Origin: a virus
IMG/VR virus record: IMGVR_UViG_3300025326_000063
Direction: 5' to 3' (one strand)
DNA length: 47,601 nucleotides
A program made the position numbers and the translations under genes. The notes under the pieces are model-generated. The model had not been told where the DNA came from. It made no database searches and saw only the letters and a program-made list of their open reading frames with translations. This document shows, one piece after another, positions 12,283-20,964 of the stretch (the stretch's first letter is position 1; every line of letters begins with the position of its first letter).

Positions 12283-14179
12283 GGCCGATTTGCACAGGGT
12301 TTTAGGCTCTGATACGGGTGCAAGGCGGGCGTTTCTGGAGATGTGCTATGCGCACCCGCAGATTGCTTTCGACACTTTATTTTGGGGTTACGATCCGCGT
12401 AAGCCGCCTTTCGAGCGGAATAGTCCGTTCATTTTAAGGCCTGCGCAGATAGGGGCGGTGGATGCCTTGAGGGGTGCTATAGCCGGTGGGCGGGACTTAC
12501 TATTCGAGAAGAGCAGGGACGAGGGCGCTACTGAGCTTATTATCAAGTTTTACACCCTGTACTTTTTAATAGCGGGCGAGAGCGGTTTTCTGGTGGGTTC
12601 GCGGAAGGAGGAGTTAGTTGATAAGGCCACTGAGATTAGGGGTTCTAAGGTACTCGGCGACCATAAGTGCTTATTTTACAAGATATTATACACGATAGCG
12701 ACGCTGCCTTTATGGCTGCGGCCCAGGATAGAGAAGCAGCATTTACACGTAGTTAATTTAGGCAATGGCAGTGTGATAGACGGCGAGAGCACGAACGAGA
12801 GTTTCGGGGCCGGGGACAGGAGACTGTCGGTAATGATAGACGAGTTTGGGCGCATAGACCCTAAGATAGCTCAGAGTATTCGGGAGACTTTAAGCGATAC
12901 TACCAACTGCGTGATATACAACAGCACGCACTTTTACGGGCGGGGCCACCCGTTTGCCAGGTTGTGCACGGGCGGGAAGGTGAAGGTAGTTAAGCTGCCC
13001 TGGCACGTTAATCCGGTGAAGAACGCGGGTCTATACTTTAGTCCCGACCTGAACAAGGTGGCAATTAAGGACGTTGACTATTACAAGAGCCGGTTTCCAC
13101 TGATTGCCTTTAATTCTGAGGTTAGCCGCTATTCGGATTTGGAGAATTCGATGTTCTTGCGGTATCCAGAGGCCGAGTTCGGAATGGTTGCGGACGGGAA
13201 GGGCAATCTTCGCAGTCCCTGGTACGATAGGGAGGTGGCCCGCCGGGACAGAAGGGACGTGGCCCAGAATATCGATTGCAGTCCCGTAGGGGCGGGCGAT
13301 ATGTTCTTCGACCCGGAGGTTATCTCACTTCAGCGTCAGCAATTCGCCCGGAAGTCCGACTATTTAGGGGACGTTGTTTATGAGACTCACAAGCGGTACG
13401 GACTGTCCGATATTCGGTTCCTGCCCGACGGCGGGCGGAGGAGACTGTCCTGGTGGGGCGAGTTGCCCGACCTTCGTCCTGTTCAGAGATATAACTACGT
13501 CGTATCTTGCGACGTTGCGATGGGAACGGGGGCGTCGAATTCGGTTGCTAAGGTCTATAGCGTTAACGAGTCGCAATTAGTAGGCATATTCGTTAGTCCG
13601 TTTATTGCTCCTGAAGAGTTTGCCGAATACGTAGTGGCCTTGTGCCATTGGGTAGGCGGTTCTTCCGGGCGCCCGTACCTGATTTGGGAGGGTACGGGCC
13701 CAGGCCAGGCTTTCGAGAGCCGAATCGTGCAGTTGGACTATACGTTTATCTACCATGAGCGGGACGAGCGGGCCGAAGTGCGCAAGAAGAAGACTCGGCG
13801 CGGCTGGTTTAGTAACCGCGAGATTAAGTATGACCTGCTTTTAGGTCTCAGGGCTGCGCTCGGCAACGGCCTGAAAAAGAACCTTCGCCCCGCTCTTATC
13901 GTACCCGACGAGGAAACGCTCAGGGAATACGAAGACTACGTTTTCTTCGAGAATGGGGACATCAACAGCACAATGACCATGGACGATACGAGTGGCGCGA
14001 GGCTGGCGCACGGCGACAGGGTCATTCCAGACGGCTTGTACGTATTGGCTCTGACTTACCAGCCCAAGGCGCTGGTTTTAGAGGCCGAGCAGAACGTTGC
14101 GAGTCTCGCCTGGCGGTGGCGGCAGGCGGAAAAAGTTAAGGAAACTGCGGACGAGCCCTGGCTGCTGGCAGAGAAATAG
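12185..14179 (+). CDS. terL: Terminase large subunit
   Basis: KSRDEGATE is a Walker A variant (KSRQxGxS/T type). VMIDEFG is Walker B. YVVSCDVAMGTGASNS and HGDRV are RNase-H-like nuclease acidic residues. 664 aa. The start is uncertain (98-nt overlap with terS). Confidence 0.85.
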   Translation: MIGRELEALSKIETPAEFWSKIPREQSANLLFRADLHRVLGSDTGARRAFLEMCYAHPQIAFDTLFWGYDPRKPPFERNSPFILRPAQIGAVDALRGAIAGGRDLLFEKSRDEGATELIIKFYTLYFLIAGESGFLVGSRKEELVDKATEIRGSKVLGDHKCLFYKILYTIATLPLWLRPRIEKQHLHVVNLGNGSVIDGESTNESFGAGDRRLSVMIDEFGRIDPKIAQSIRETLSDTTNCVIYNSTHFYGRGHPFARLCTGGKVKVVKLPWHVNPVKNAGLYFSPDLNKVAIKDVDYYKSRFPLIAFNSEVSRYSDLENSMFLRYPEAEFGMVADGKGNLRSPWYDREVARRDRRDVAQNIDCSPVGAGDMFFDPEVISLQRQQFARKSDYLGDVVYETHKRYGLSDIRFLPDGGRRRLSWWGELPDLRPVQRYNYVVSCDVAMGTGASNSVAKVYSVNESQLVGIFVSPFIAPEEFAEYVVALCHWVGGSSGRPYLIWEGTGPGQAFESRIVQLDYTFIYHERDERAEVRKKKTRRGWFSNREIKYDLLLGLRAALGNGLKKNLRPALIVPDEETLREYEDYVFFENGDINSTMTMDDTSGARLAHGDRVIPDGLYVLALTYQPKALVLEAEQNVASLAWRWRQAEKVKETADEPWLLAEK

Positions 14180-14181
14180 GG

Positions 14182-14251
14182 AGTCTTGAGTCTTGAGTCT
14201 TGGGTCTTGAGTCTTGGGTCTTGAGTCTTGGGTCTTGGGTCTTGGGTCTTG
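14182..14251. repeat. Heptanucleotide microsatellite (R)GTCTTG x10 filling the terL-portal intergenic gap
   Basis: Ten contiguous 7-bp units, AGTCTTG/GGTCTTG, in order A,A,A,G,A,G,A,G,G,G. Starts 3 nt after the terL stop and ends 2 nt before the portal ATG. Confidence 0.95.
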
Positions 14252-14253
14252 AT

Positions 14254-16023
14254 ATGGTTAAGAATAGAATAGACGAGCCGGATAAGAAAAGGCCGTTTCC
14301 CGCGCGGCTTCAGGCGGCTGTTTCGGCCTGGCAGAGTTATACCAGGGATATGCGCGACTGCCGCAAGCGCATGCTCGTCCACTATGCGAACGACTGGTAT
14401 CAGGGCGGGCGCAAAGACGCCCGGACGCCCCAGCCGCTTAACTTGATAGACAGGGCCGTTCAGATAATTGCGCCCTTCTTAGTCTCTAAGAACCCCCGCG
14501 CCATGATAATGCCGAGGATGGGTCTTAACAATCCCAACGTAGCGTCCTTTTCGAGGACGCTCGAATTGGCTCTTGCGCACCTGTTCGACGAGATAAAGTT
14601 CGCCGAGAATACGCTGCGGCCGATGGTAATACAGAGTTTGTTCGGGATGGGCATTGTTAAGACGGGTATAATGCATTCGCATCAGGTGGAAATCCTGGGG
14701 CATCTGCACGACGTTGGCCAGCCTTATTCTGATATTATCGACTTCGACGATTACATCGGCGACGTAGCCGCCCGGAACAGGCAGGAGATGCGGCTTGAGG
14801 GCCACAAGTACAGGCTTCCTTTATGGTACATTAGGGATTCCGGCTTATATAAGAACTTCGACCGGCTCAAGCCCGATTTGCGGCTGTACGGCGACGATAC
14901 CCGGCCCGAAACGATCGCTAAGGACGAGACGGCGCTGATGGAGTTTCGGGAATTGTACCCGTCCGTCGAGATGATGGATATTTGGATACCCATGGAGGAC
15001 GTGGTAATTACTATTCCGCCGGACGGGCAGGGCGATAAGATTATGAGAACCGTCGATTGGGACGGGCCGGAGGGCGGACCGTTTGACGTGTTGGGCTATA
15101 GATACTTTCCCGATAGTATTATTCCAATTCCGCCCGTTTATACCTGGCTGGACCTTAATAAGATTATCAATCAGATAATATGCAAGATGAGAGACCAGTG
15201 CATGCGGGAGAAGACCATCGGAGTCTATCAGACTGGGGCCGACGAGGACGCTAAGAGGCTCAAGGACGCCGGGCACGGCGACATGGTAGGGGTCGCTACT
15301 CCTGAGAGCGTGAAGGAATTTACGTTTGGCGGGTTCAACGAGCAGTCGTTTCCGTTCGTGGGGTTCTTACTGTCCGAATTCGCCAAGACCGGCCCGAATA
15401 TGGATATTACCGGCGGCAAGTCCGTTATGGCTAAGACGCTCGGCCAGGAGCAGATGCTCCAGGCTAACGCGGCCCGCGAAATAGACGATATGGTTCACCA
15501 GATGTACGAAACGACCAAGAGCATTATTAAGAAACTTGCGTGGTTCTTGTGGACTGATCCGCTTATCGTGCTGCCGTTGATAAAGCGGGTTATGGGCGTC
15601 GATTTGCAGGTCGAGTATTCGGAGTCGGCTAAAGAAGGCGACTTCTTCGATTATACCTTCGATATTGAACCGTACTCAATGATGAGAATGAACCCGGACG
15701 TGAAGTATCAGAAACTGTCTCAGTTTGTCACGGGCTACATCCTGCCCACCGCTCAAATAGCGGCCCAGCAGGGCACTGTTTTGAACGTGCCTGAACTTGC
15801 GAAAGAGTTTGCAAGGTATCTGAACGTTACCAATATGGGCGACTGGTATCAGAGCGTTATGCCCGCGATGCAGCAGCCGGGAATGAATCCATACCAACCA
15901 GGTGGGGGCAGTCCCAAAGTCGGTATGACCGACCAGCGTATGCCGGAAAATCAGGGCAGTAACATGAACAATATGCTTCAGCAGCAGAACAGGGTGCAGG
16001 GCAAGACTACGGCGGAATTATGA
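14254..16023 (+). CDS. Portal protein
   Basis: 589 aa, directly downstream of terL. ATG 14254 (MVKNRIDEPD); the ORF-track start at 14200 lies in the microsatellite. Confidence 0.7.
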   Translation: MVKNRIDEPDKKRPFPARLQAAVSAWQSYTRDMRDCRKRMLVHYANDWYQGGRKDARTPQPLNLIDRAVQIIAPFLVSKNPRAMIMPRMGLNNPNVASFSRTLELALAHLFDEIKFAENTLRPMVIQSLFGMGIVKTGIMHSHQVEILGHLHDVGQPYSDIIDFDDYIGDVAARNRQEMRLEGHKYRLPLWYIRDSGLYKNFDRLKPDLRLYGDDTRPETIAKDETALMEFRELYPSVEMMDIWIPMEDVVITIPPDGQGDKIMRTVDWDGPEGGPFDVLGYRYFPDSIIPIPPVYTWLDLNKIINQIICKMRDQCMREKTIGVYQTGADEDAKRLKDAGHGDMVGVATPESVKEFTFGGFNEQSFPFVGFLLSEFAKTGPNMDITGGKSVMAKTLGQEQMLQANAAREIDDMVHQMYETTKSIIKKLAWFLWTDPLIVLPLIKRVMGVDLQVEYSESAKEGDFFDYTFDIEPYSMMRMNPDVKYQKLSQFVTGYILPTAQIAAQQGTVLNVPELAKEFARYLNVTNMGDWYQSVMPAMQQPGMNPYQPGGGSPKVGMTDQRMPENQGSNMNNMLQQQNRVQGKTTAEL

Positions 16024-16346
16024 GAAGGCCAAAACTGGAAACTTTCATCGGATTCGTGCGAAAGTATCATAACGCGAGGCACATAGGCTTGAAGATGTTG
16101 TATCGGGACTTTCCGCCCGAAACGGACGAAGATAAGGACAAGTTGAAACGCGCTTGGGACGTAATTGCAAAGGAGATTAACAATGCCCCTAACGGCGAAG
16201 GGCGAGAAGGTGAAAGCCAAAATGGTGGAACATTACGGCAAGGAGAAGGGGGAGAAAGTGTTCTACGCCAGCCAGAACGCGAAGAAAATAACGGGGACGC
16301 ACTTGACCCGCAAGAAAAAGAAGAAGTTGTATCGACGAAAGGCTAA
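16020..16346 (+). CDS. Hypothetical protein (ATGA-coupled to portal); low-complexity C-terminal half
   Basis: MRRPKLETFIGFVRKYHNARHIGLKMLYRDFPPETDEDKDKLKRAWDVIAKEINNA..., then a G/E-rich tail overlapping ORF 16183 in another frame. Confidence 0.5.
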   Translation: MRRPKLETFIGFVRKYHNARHIGLKMLYRDFPPETDEDKDKLKRAWDVIAKEINNAPNGEGREGESQNGGTLRQGEGGESVLRQPEREENNGDALDPQEKEEVVSTKG

Positions 16347-16350
16347 ATAA
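16183..16350 (+). CDS. Small conserved-looking basic protein, 55 aa
   Basis: ATG 16183 follows AGGAG. MPLTAKGEKVKAKMVEHYGKEKGEKVFYASQNAKKITG resembles a small head-module protein family seen in podoviruses (from memory). Confidence 0.45.
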   Translation: MPLTAKGEKVKAKMVEHYGKEKGEKVFYASQNAKKITGTHLTRKKKKKLYRRKAK

Positions 16351-16386
16351 CTCGGTTTGTGGCTGAGTCCTGACAGGAGTATCAAT

Positions 16387-16563
16387 ATGAAAATCGCAAA
16401 GGGTACAATGGACGATGTAACTATGAGTACCTTGCCGGGCGGCAGGTTTAGGCCAGGCCCGCCCCGCAGGAGAATAAGACCCGGCCTGCGAAGACGCAGA
16501 ATTAACCCGAAACCGAGAATTCTGCCGATGGGCGGGCGGAATCTAAAAGAGGGAATCAAATAA
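16387..16563 (+). CDS. Arg/Pro-rich, protamine-like small protein
   Basis: ATG 16387 follows AGGAG. GGRFRPGPPRRRIRPGLRRRRINPKPRILPMGGRN. Confidence 0.5.
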   Translation: MKIAKGTMDDVTMSTLPGGRFRPGPPRRRIRPGLRRRRINPKPRILPMGGRNLKEGIK

Positions 16564-16940
16564 TGGCTGCCGAACTCGTTACTAAAATCTACGCCGAAGT
16601 TACCGGGCTGGGCAATGATAACCTCTTGTTTGGCCGGGCCGCCGCGTCGGATGTGCCTACCCAGGCGGGCGGGCCGCTCCAGCAGGTGGTTACTTCTACT
16701 GCGCAGCTCGACGTTATATCGGTCATTACCGGCCAGTTGATTATGCTGGGTATTAAGGCCCTGTCGAGCGGTCTGTATATCAATCCGACCGCCAGTACGC
16801 CTATGACTACCGCCTGCTGTTTCATACCGCAAGGCCAGATGAACTATTTTACCTATAAAACTACCACCTCCGTCCGGCCCTGGGTAGAGGCCCAGACGGC
16901 CCGCGCGGTCGCTGAGTACGTCTTTGCTGCGGTGTCGTAA
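16563..16940 (+). CDS. Hypothetical virion-module protein
   Basis: 125-aa ORF with TAATG coupling. Confidence 0.55.
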   Translation: MAAELVTKIYAEVTGLGNDNLLFGRAAASDVPTQAGGPLQQVVTSTAQLDVISVITGQLIMLGIKALSSGLYINPTASTPMTTACCFIPQGQMNYFTYKTTTSVRPWVEAQTARAVAEYVFAAVS

Positions 16941-16942
16941 TT

Positions 16943-17278
16943 ATGCCAATGTATAGCTATTTATGTTCAGGTTGCGGCGAGAGTTTCGACGATGTTTCGC
17001 CTCAGAAGCAGAGGCATTTGAAGCGCAAATGCCCGCACTGCGGCGGATGGGGCAAAAGGGACGTAAAGTCCGAGCTTGCCAAGTCCGGCAGGTTCAACGC
17101 AATGATGAAGGACAATCCGAGGAAGTCATGCGCGCTGGGTATAAATCCGGCGCAGATAGACGATTTTCATAGGACGTGGCCCTGGATGCGATTTGACGAA
17201 CAGGGGAATTGCCTAATACAAAACAGACAGGAAAAATTGCGCGTTATGAAAGCCAGAGGGTATGACGAAATTGAGTAA
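16943..17278 (+). CDS. FmdB-like zinc-ribbon protein
   Basis: MPMYSYLCSGCGESF...KCPHCGG. Confidence 0.6.
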   Translation: MPMYSYLCSGCGESFDDVSPQKQRHLKRKCPHCGGWGKRDVKSELAKSGRFNAMMKDNPRKSCALGINPAQIDDFHRTWPWMRFDEQGNCLIQNRQEKLRVMKARGYDEIE

Positions 17279-17726
17279 GGACATTAGTTGGCTCTACGAA
17301 ACCAAGCGATGTAGTTGTTGCGAACAGGAAAAGCCGTTAGATTGCTTTGCGCGACAGAGTAACGCCCCAACGGGGCTAAAATACGTTTGCCGAGAGTGCG
17401 ACAACAAAAAGGGGCGTGATTATTACCGGGAGACTAAGGTAATATGGAAAGAAAAGTACAAAAAGAAACACCGCAAATCAATGCTGAAACATCACTATGG
17501 GATAACACCCGAACAGTATAACGCAATGTATGAAAGGCAGGGTGGTTGTTGCGCTATTTGCGGAAGGCATCAAAGTAAGTTTGCGAGAAGATTAACAGTT
17601 GACCACTGCCACGGAACTGGAAAGATTAGGGCGTTACTTTGTGGGAATTGCAATAATGGTTTGGGTTGTTATAAAGATGATCCTGAGCTTTTAATTAAAG
17701 CATACCAGTATTTACAAAAGTATTGA
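17262..17726 (+). CDS. Recombination endonuclease VII-family homing endonuclease with an N-terminal zinc-ribbon module
   Basis: LTVDHCHGTGKIRALLCGNCNNGLGCYKDD is the Endo VII signature. N-terminus is CSCC...PLDCF...GLKYVCRECD. Confidence 0.85.
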   Translation: MTKLSKDISWLYETKRCSCCEQEKPLDCFARQSNAPTGLKYVCRECDNKKGRDYYRETKVIWKEKYKKKHRKSMLKHHYGITPEQYNAMYERQGGCCAICGRHQSKFARRLTVDHCHGTGKIRALLCGNCNNGLGCYKDDPELLIKAYQYLQKY

Positions 17727-17732
17727 GTAAGG
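17262..17732 (+). mobile_element. Endonuclease VII cassette bracketed by an 11-bp direct repeat
   Basis: ATTGAGTAAGG at 17270-17280 and 17722-17732. Removing one copy plus 452 bp restores stop-SD-start between the flanking genes. Confidence 0.65.
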
Positions 17733-17741
17733 GAGAGCAAA

Positions 17742-18752
17742 ATGGCTGAAGTATTAGATGATGTAATGTCCGCAAGTCTTGAGAGTAAGTACAACGAGAT
17801 TATGGGCGAGCCGCGCGCGGACGTTAAAGATGAAGCCTACGCCGAGGAGAAGAAGGGCGACGAATACTTGGAAAAACTGGCGGAGAAAGAGAAGGACGAG
17901 GGACGAGGGGACGAAGGGCGAGGGGACGAAGGGACGAAAGACGAAAAAGAAGAAACTGCCGAGGAAAAAGGCCAAAAAGAGTTGTCCGAGCCTGCGGGCG
18001 TTGAGGACGAAACCGAGCCTGTTCCCGACAATCTTGTTAGGGCCGGTCGAGCCTACGGTCTCACGGACGAGACGATAATCGACTTATCGGAGAATCATCC
18101 GGACGCTTTAGAGGTGATGGCAAGGTCTTACGAGTGGCTTCAGGCGGGCAGTTTAATCGGCCCTGTGCCTGAAAAAGCCCCTCCCAAGCAGCCTGAAATA
18201 CCCAAGTTGATGGATCGTATCTCCGTTGACGTGAGCGAACTCGATACTGACGCGGGGAAAACCATTAAAGGAATGGAATCGACCGTGAATAAGCTCGTGG
18301 ACGCTAATAATGAATTGAAGAGAGAGCTTTTCGCCGTTCGGGGTGGCTTGCAAACTACGCAGGCAGCCGAGCAGGCGCGGAGAGTATCGTATATTGATAG
18401 TCTATTCGATAAGGTAGCCGAATTTCCCGAATTGGGCAGGACGGCTGCACTATCGACGAACCAGAAGGCCCTTAGGGGCGACGTTTACGATATGGCCGTT
18501 CGCTGGCAGAGGCGAGCCGGCGGGTCGTTTGAGGATAGTCTTGCGAAGGCTGCAAATAGCTTTCGCGGACTGTACGGCAGGGGCGCGGCCCCTGAAAGGA
18601 AGGAACGGGACGTAGTGGACAAGTTGAATCGTCGAAAGACGAAGTTCACCGCCCGGCCCACCGGCCAGAAAACGACTCAGAAATTCGCTAACTCCGACGA
18701 AAAGGCAATGTCCGCTATGGACGAAACGGGCAAAAAGCTCGACCTCTGGTAA
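17742..18752 (+). CDS. Scaffolding protein (putative)
   Basis: 336 aa, acidic and coiled-coil, directly upstream of the major capsid gene. Contains 15-bp repeats at 17895-17954 (DEGRG DEGRG DEGTK DEKEE). Confidence 0.6.
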   Translation: MAEVLDDVMSASLESKYNEIMGEPRADVKDEAYAEEKKGDEYLEKLAEKEKDEGRGDEGRGDEGTKDEKEETAEEKGQKELSEPAGVEDETEPVPDNLVRAGRAYGLTDETIIDLSENHPDALEVMARSYEWLQAGSLIGPVPEKAPPKQPEIPKLMDRISVDVSELDTDAGKTIKGMESTVNKLVDANNELKRELFAVRGGLQTTQAAEQARRVSYIDSLFDKVAEFPELGRTAALSTNQKALRGDVYDMAVRWQRRAGGSFEDSLAKAANSFRGLYGRGAAPERKERDVVDKLNRRKTKFTARPTGQKTTQKFANSDEKAMSAMDETGKKLDLW

Positions 18753-18815
18753 AAACGACGGACGACGAAGTTCGTCCATCGTATTGCTTTTCCATAAGAA
18801 AGGAGGGAGTTTCTT

Positions 18816-19940
18816 ATGGCATCAGGTGGTATTACTATAGACCAGGCTGTTGACCTGGGCGTAGCTACTATGAACGCTTTCGATCAGGACGCCGTTCAGA
18901 TAGCTCTTAAACACCCCACCTATGAGGTAATCAATCGCTGGTTCGCCGGCGATAAGAAAATCCTCTCAGGCGGGAAGAAAGCGACGTGGGACCTGACGGT
19001 GAAAGACACCGGCAACGCGGGCCACGTCAATATGTTCGAGACTGATACCCCCAACGTTGCAAACGTCAACGTTGAGGGCGAGGTCAACTGGTGTCACGCC
19101 AAGAACTCGTTTACCTATTCGGTGGACGAACTGGCGATGAACCTTAACGATAAGACGCGAATCTTCAACTTGTTCAAGAACCGCAGGCAGAATTGCGCAC
19201 GCGAGTTCGCGGACTTGCTCGAAGAGGCTGCTTGGAAGACTCCGGCGTCCTCAACGGATACGAAAGCGCCTTTCGGAATACCCGGCTGGCTCGTTCAGGC
19301 CGATACCTCGGTTGTTACCGGCGAATTTCAGGGCTATGTGGGTGACTATTCCGTTGCCGTTCTGAGTACGGAATCGGCGATGGCTACGGTCGGCGGGCTG
19401 GCTTGTACGAGTGCGACTAACGCGCGTTGGGCTAATTGGTACGCAAATCACAGCGACCAGTTGAACGATAGTCTGCTCGATAAGCTCGGCGAGGCGTTCA
19501 GAAAGACCAAGTTTATGACGCCCAAGATTGCGGGCCAGGCGATAGACCCGGAGAGCGGGTTCTCCAACTTCCGGCTCTATACCAATAACGAGGTTTTGAA
19601 GAATATCGAAGCCTACGCTCGCAAGAGTGACGACCGGCTTGGTGGCGACTTGGGCAAGTACGCGGGCAATACCGTCTATAAAGGCATCCCGTTTATCTAC
19701 GTTGATAGTCTGGACGACGTCTCCATTTACGTTCGCGGCAAGAACCCCATCTACGGAGTGAACCATAATCACTTCTACCCGATGGTGCTCTCCGGCAAGA
19801 ACTTCATCTGGGGCAAGCCTATTAACGACGTGAACCAGCACCTTGTCCTTACGGTTTATCTCGACTTGACTTACGCCTACGTCTGCGACAACCGCAGAAC
19901 GGGCGGCTTTATGCTTTCAAATTGGGAAAATGCGTATTGA
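18816..19940 (+). CDS. Major capsid protein (putative)
   Basis: 374 aa, strong SD (AAAGGAGGGAG), follows the scaffold gene and is followed by hairpins. The call rests on position and size. Confidence 0.7.
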   Translation: MASGGITIDQAVDLGVATMNAFDQDAVQIALKHPTYEVINRWFAGDKKILSGGKKATWDLTVKDTGNAGHVNMFETDTPNVANVNVEGEVNWCHAKNSFTYSVDELAMNLNDKTRIFNLFKNRRQNCAREFADLLEEAAWKTPASSTDTKAPFGIPGWLVQADTSVVTGEFQGYVGDYSVAVLSTESAMATVGGLACTSATNARWANWYANHSDQLNDSLLDKLGEAFRKTKFMTPKIAGQAIDPESGFSNFRLYTNNEVLKNIEAYARKSDDRLGGDLGKYAGNTVYKGIPFIYVDSLDDVSIYVRGKNPIYGVNHNHFYPMVLSGKNFIWGKPINDVNQHLVLTVYLDLTYAYVCDNRRTGGFMLSNWENAY

Positions 19941-20053
19941 TTTTGTCTGTTTTTACTAACGTTCGTTCCCGGAGTGCCCGGATGGGCGACGCCGGGGTAA
20001 AAGCCGAGTGAGGAGTAACGTAACTTGCTCGGCTTCTACGAAAGGAGTTTTTT

Positions 20054-20950
20054 ATGTCTCAGGGTATTGTTGGTGGGGGCGGAGTCCTCACAAAAACCAG
20101 AAGGGTTTTCTATCGCACCGGTACGGCCAACGCGGGCTACGCGGTCAACTACAACTTCGACGCCGTTGATATAACGGCTGAAAGTGAAAGTTTGTCCGGC
20201 GCTACCGCTACCGACTGGTGCGACGCTCGGCGCGTTCAAGTCGAAGACCCGTCGTTTGAAAATAACCTGCACTTTGCAGGCGCTATCGACAAGGTTTCCG
20301 ACGGGGTAGTCGGCCCGAACTGGATTTTAATACACGAGCCGGGCAGTATTTGCCAGATTCACGCGGCAATTACCGTTGACCATCGGGACGCCAGTGTAGC
20401 CAGTGCTAATGCGGGTACTATGCTGACCTTTGGTGTCTGCACGAACTCGGTTGGCGCGGCTCATACTACTGCTCCGTACATTAACGGTCAGTGGCAGAAG
20501 TACGGGCTTCCGGGCGAGGGTTCGGCTATGGTGCTTGAGGCGGCTACTACCGCTTCGGCTCTGATTATGGCCGAGCTAATGACCGGCCTGCCCTCCGGCG
20601 GACGCCAGTACATACCGATGTTGGCGACTGCGATTGCAGGCGTTACTATTACCTATCACGGGGTAACGTTCATATCGTCCGAGGCGGGATCGTCAGTGGT
20701 TGGCAGCGCCGTTATCGGCGCGGGCACGTTTATCGGCCAGCGCAAGATTATCGAAGTTGACGGTGCGCTTACGGGCGTTGGCTGGAAGGTAAGTTTTGCC
20801 AATGGGTTCACTCCGAACCTGTCGGCCGAATACCTGGCTAGTCCACCGCTTGTTGCCGCTACCGCCGTTACGCTCATTTCGGGCAGTTTCCTCGATATGA
20901 ATTGGAATGGCACTAAGTGGCTTGTTCTGTCCGACCAGAAACTTACGTAA
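20054..20950 (+). CDS. Gly/Ala/Thr/Ser-rich virion protein (capsid decoration or head fibre candidate)
   Basis: 298 aa, beta-rich composition, AAAGGAG upstream, followed by a terminator. Confidence 0.5.
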   Translation: MSQGIVGGGGVLTKTRRVFYRTGTANAGYAVNYNFDAVDITAESESLSGATATDWCDARRVQVEDPSFENNLHFAGAIDKVSDGVVGPNWILIHEPGSICQIHAAITVDHRDASVASANAGTMLTFGVCTNSVGAAHTTAPYINGQWQKYGLPGEGSAMVLEAATTASALIMAELMTGLPSGGRQYIPMLATAIAGVTITYHGVTFISSEAGSSVVGSAVIGAGTFIGQRKIIEVDGALTGVGWKVSFANGFTPNLSAEYLASPPLVAATAVTLISGSFLDMNWNGTKWLVLSDQKLT

Positions 20951-20964
20951 ATGATGGCGGGTTA

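Noticed and set aside
14182-14251. Possible CRISPR array or mini-array (also considered for 8564-8638)
   Set aside because: The units are 7 bp and 21 bp and are contiguous, without spacers. No cas genes or leader are present. These are micro/minisatellites.
16263-16832. Long antisense ORFs opposite strong forward genes (16263-16832, 19251-19841, 40234-40893, 43228-43803, 31874-32365, 1227-1682 and others)
   Set aside because: They lie entirely within well-supported forward genes (head-module genes at 16.3-16.8 kb, capsid, giant protein and so on). They lack SDs, and their Arg/Pro/Gly-rich composition is typical of shadow frames.
17895-17954. Two RGD motifs (GRGDEGRGDEG) in the scaffolding protein as integrin-binding sites
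   Set aside because: They are a by-product of a decaying 15-bp tandem repeat in an acidic low-complexity segment of an internal assembly protein. There is no reason to expect exposure on virions.
20001-20035. Hairpin AAGCCGAG-N19-CTCGGCTT after the capsid gene, sharing its arm sequence with the 883-945 helix, as a repeated regulatory element
   Set aside because: Only the 7-8-nt arms match, the loops are unrelated, and there is no U-run. The match may be chance, and the evidence is insufficient to call a family.
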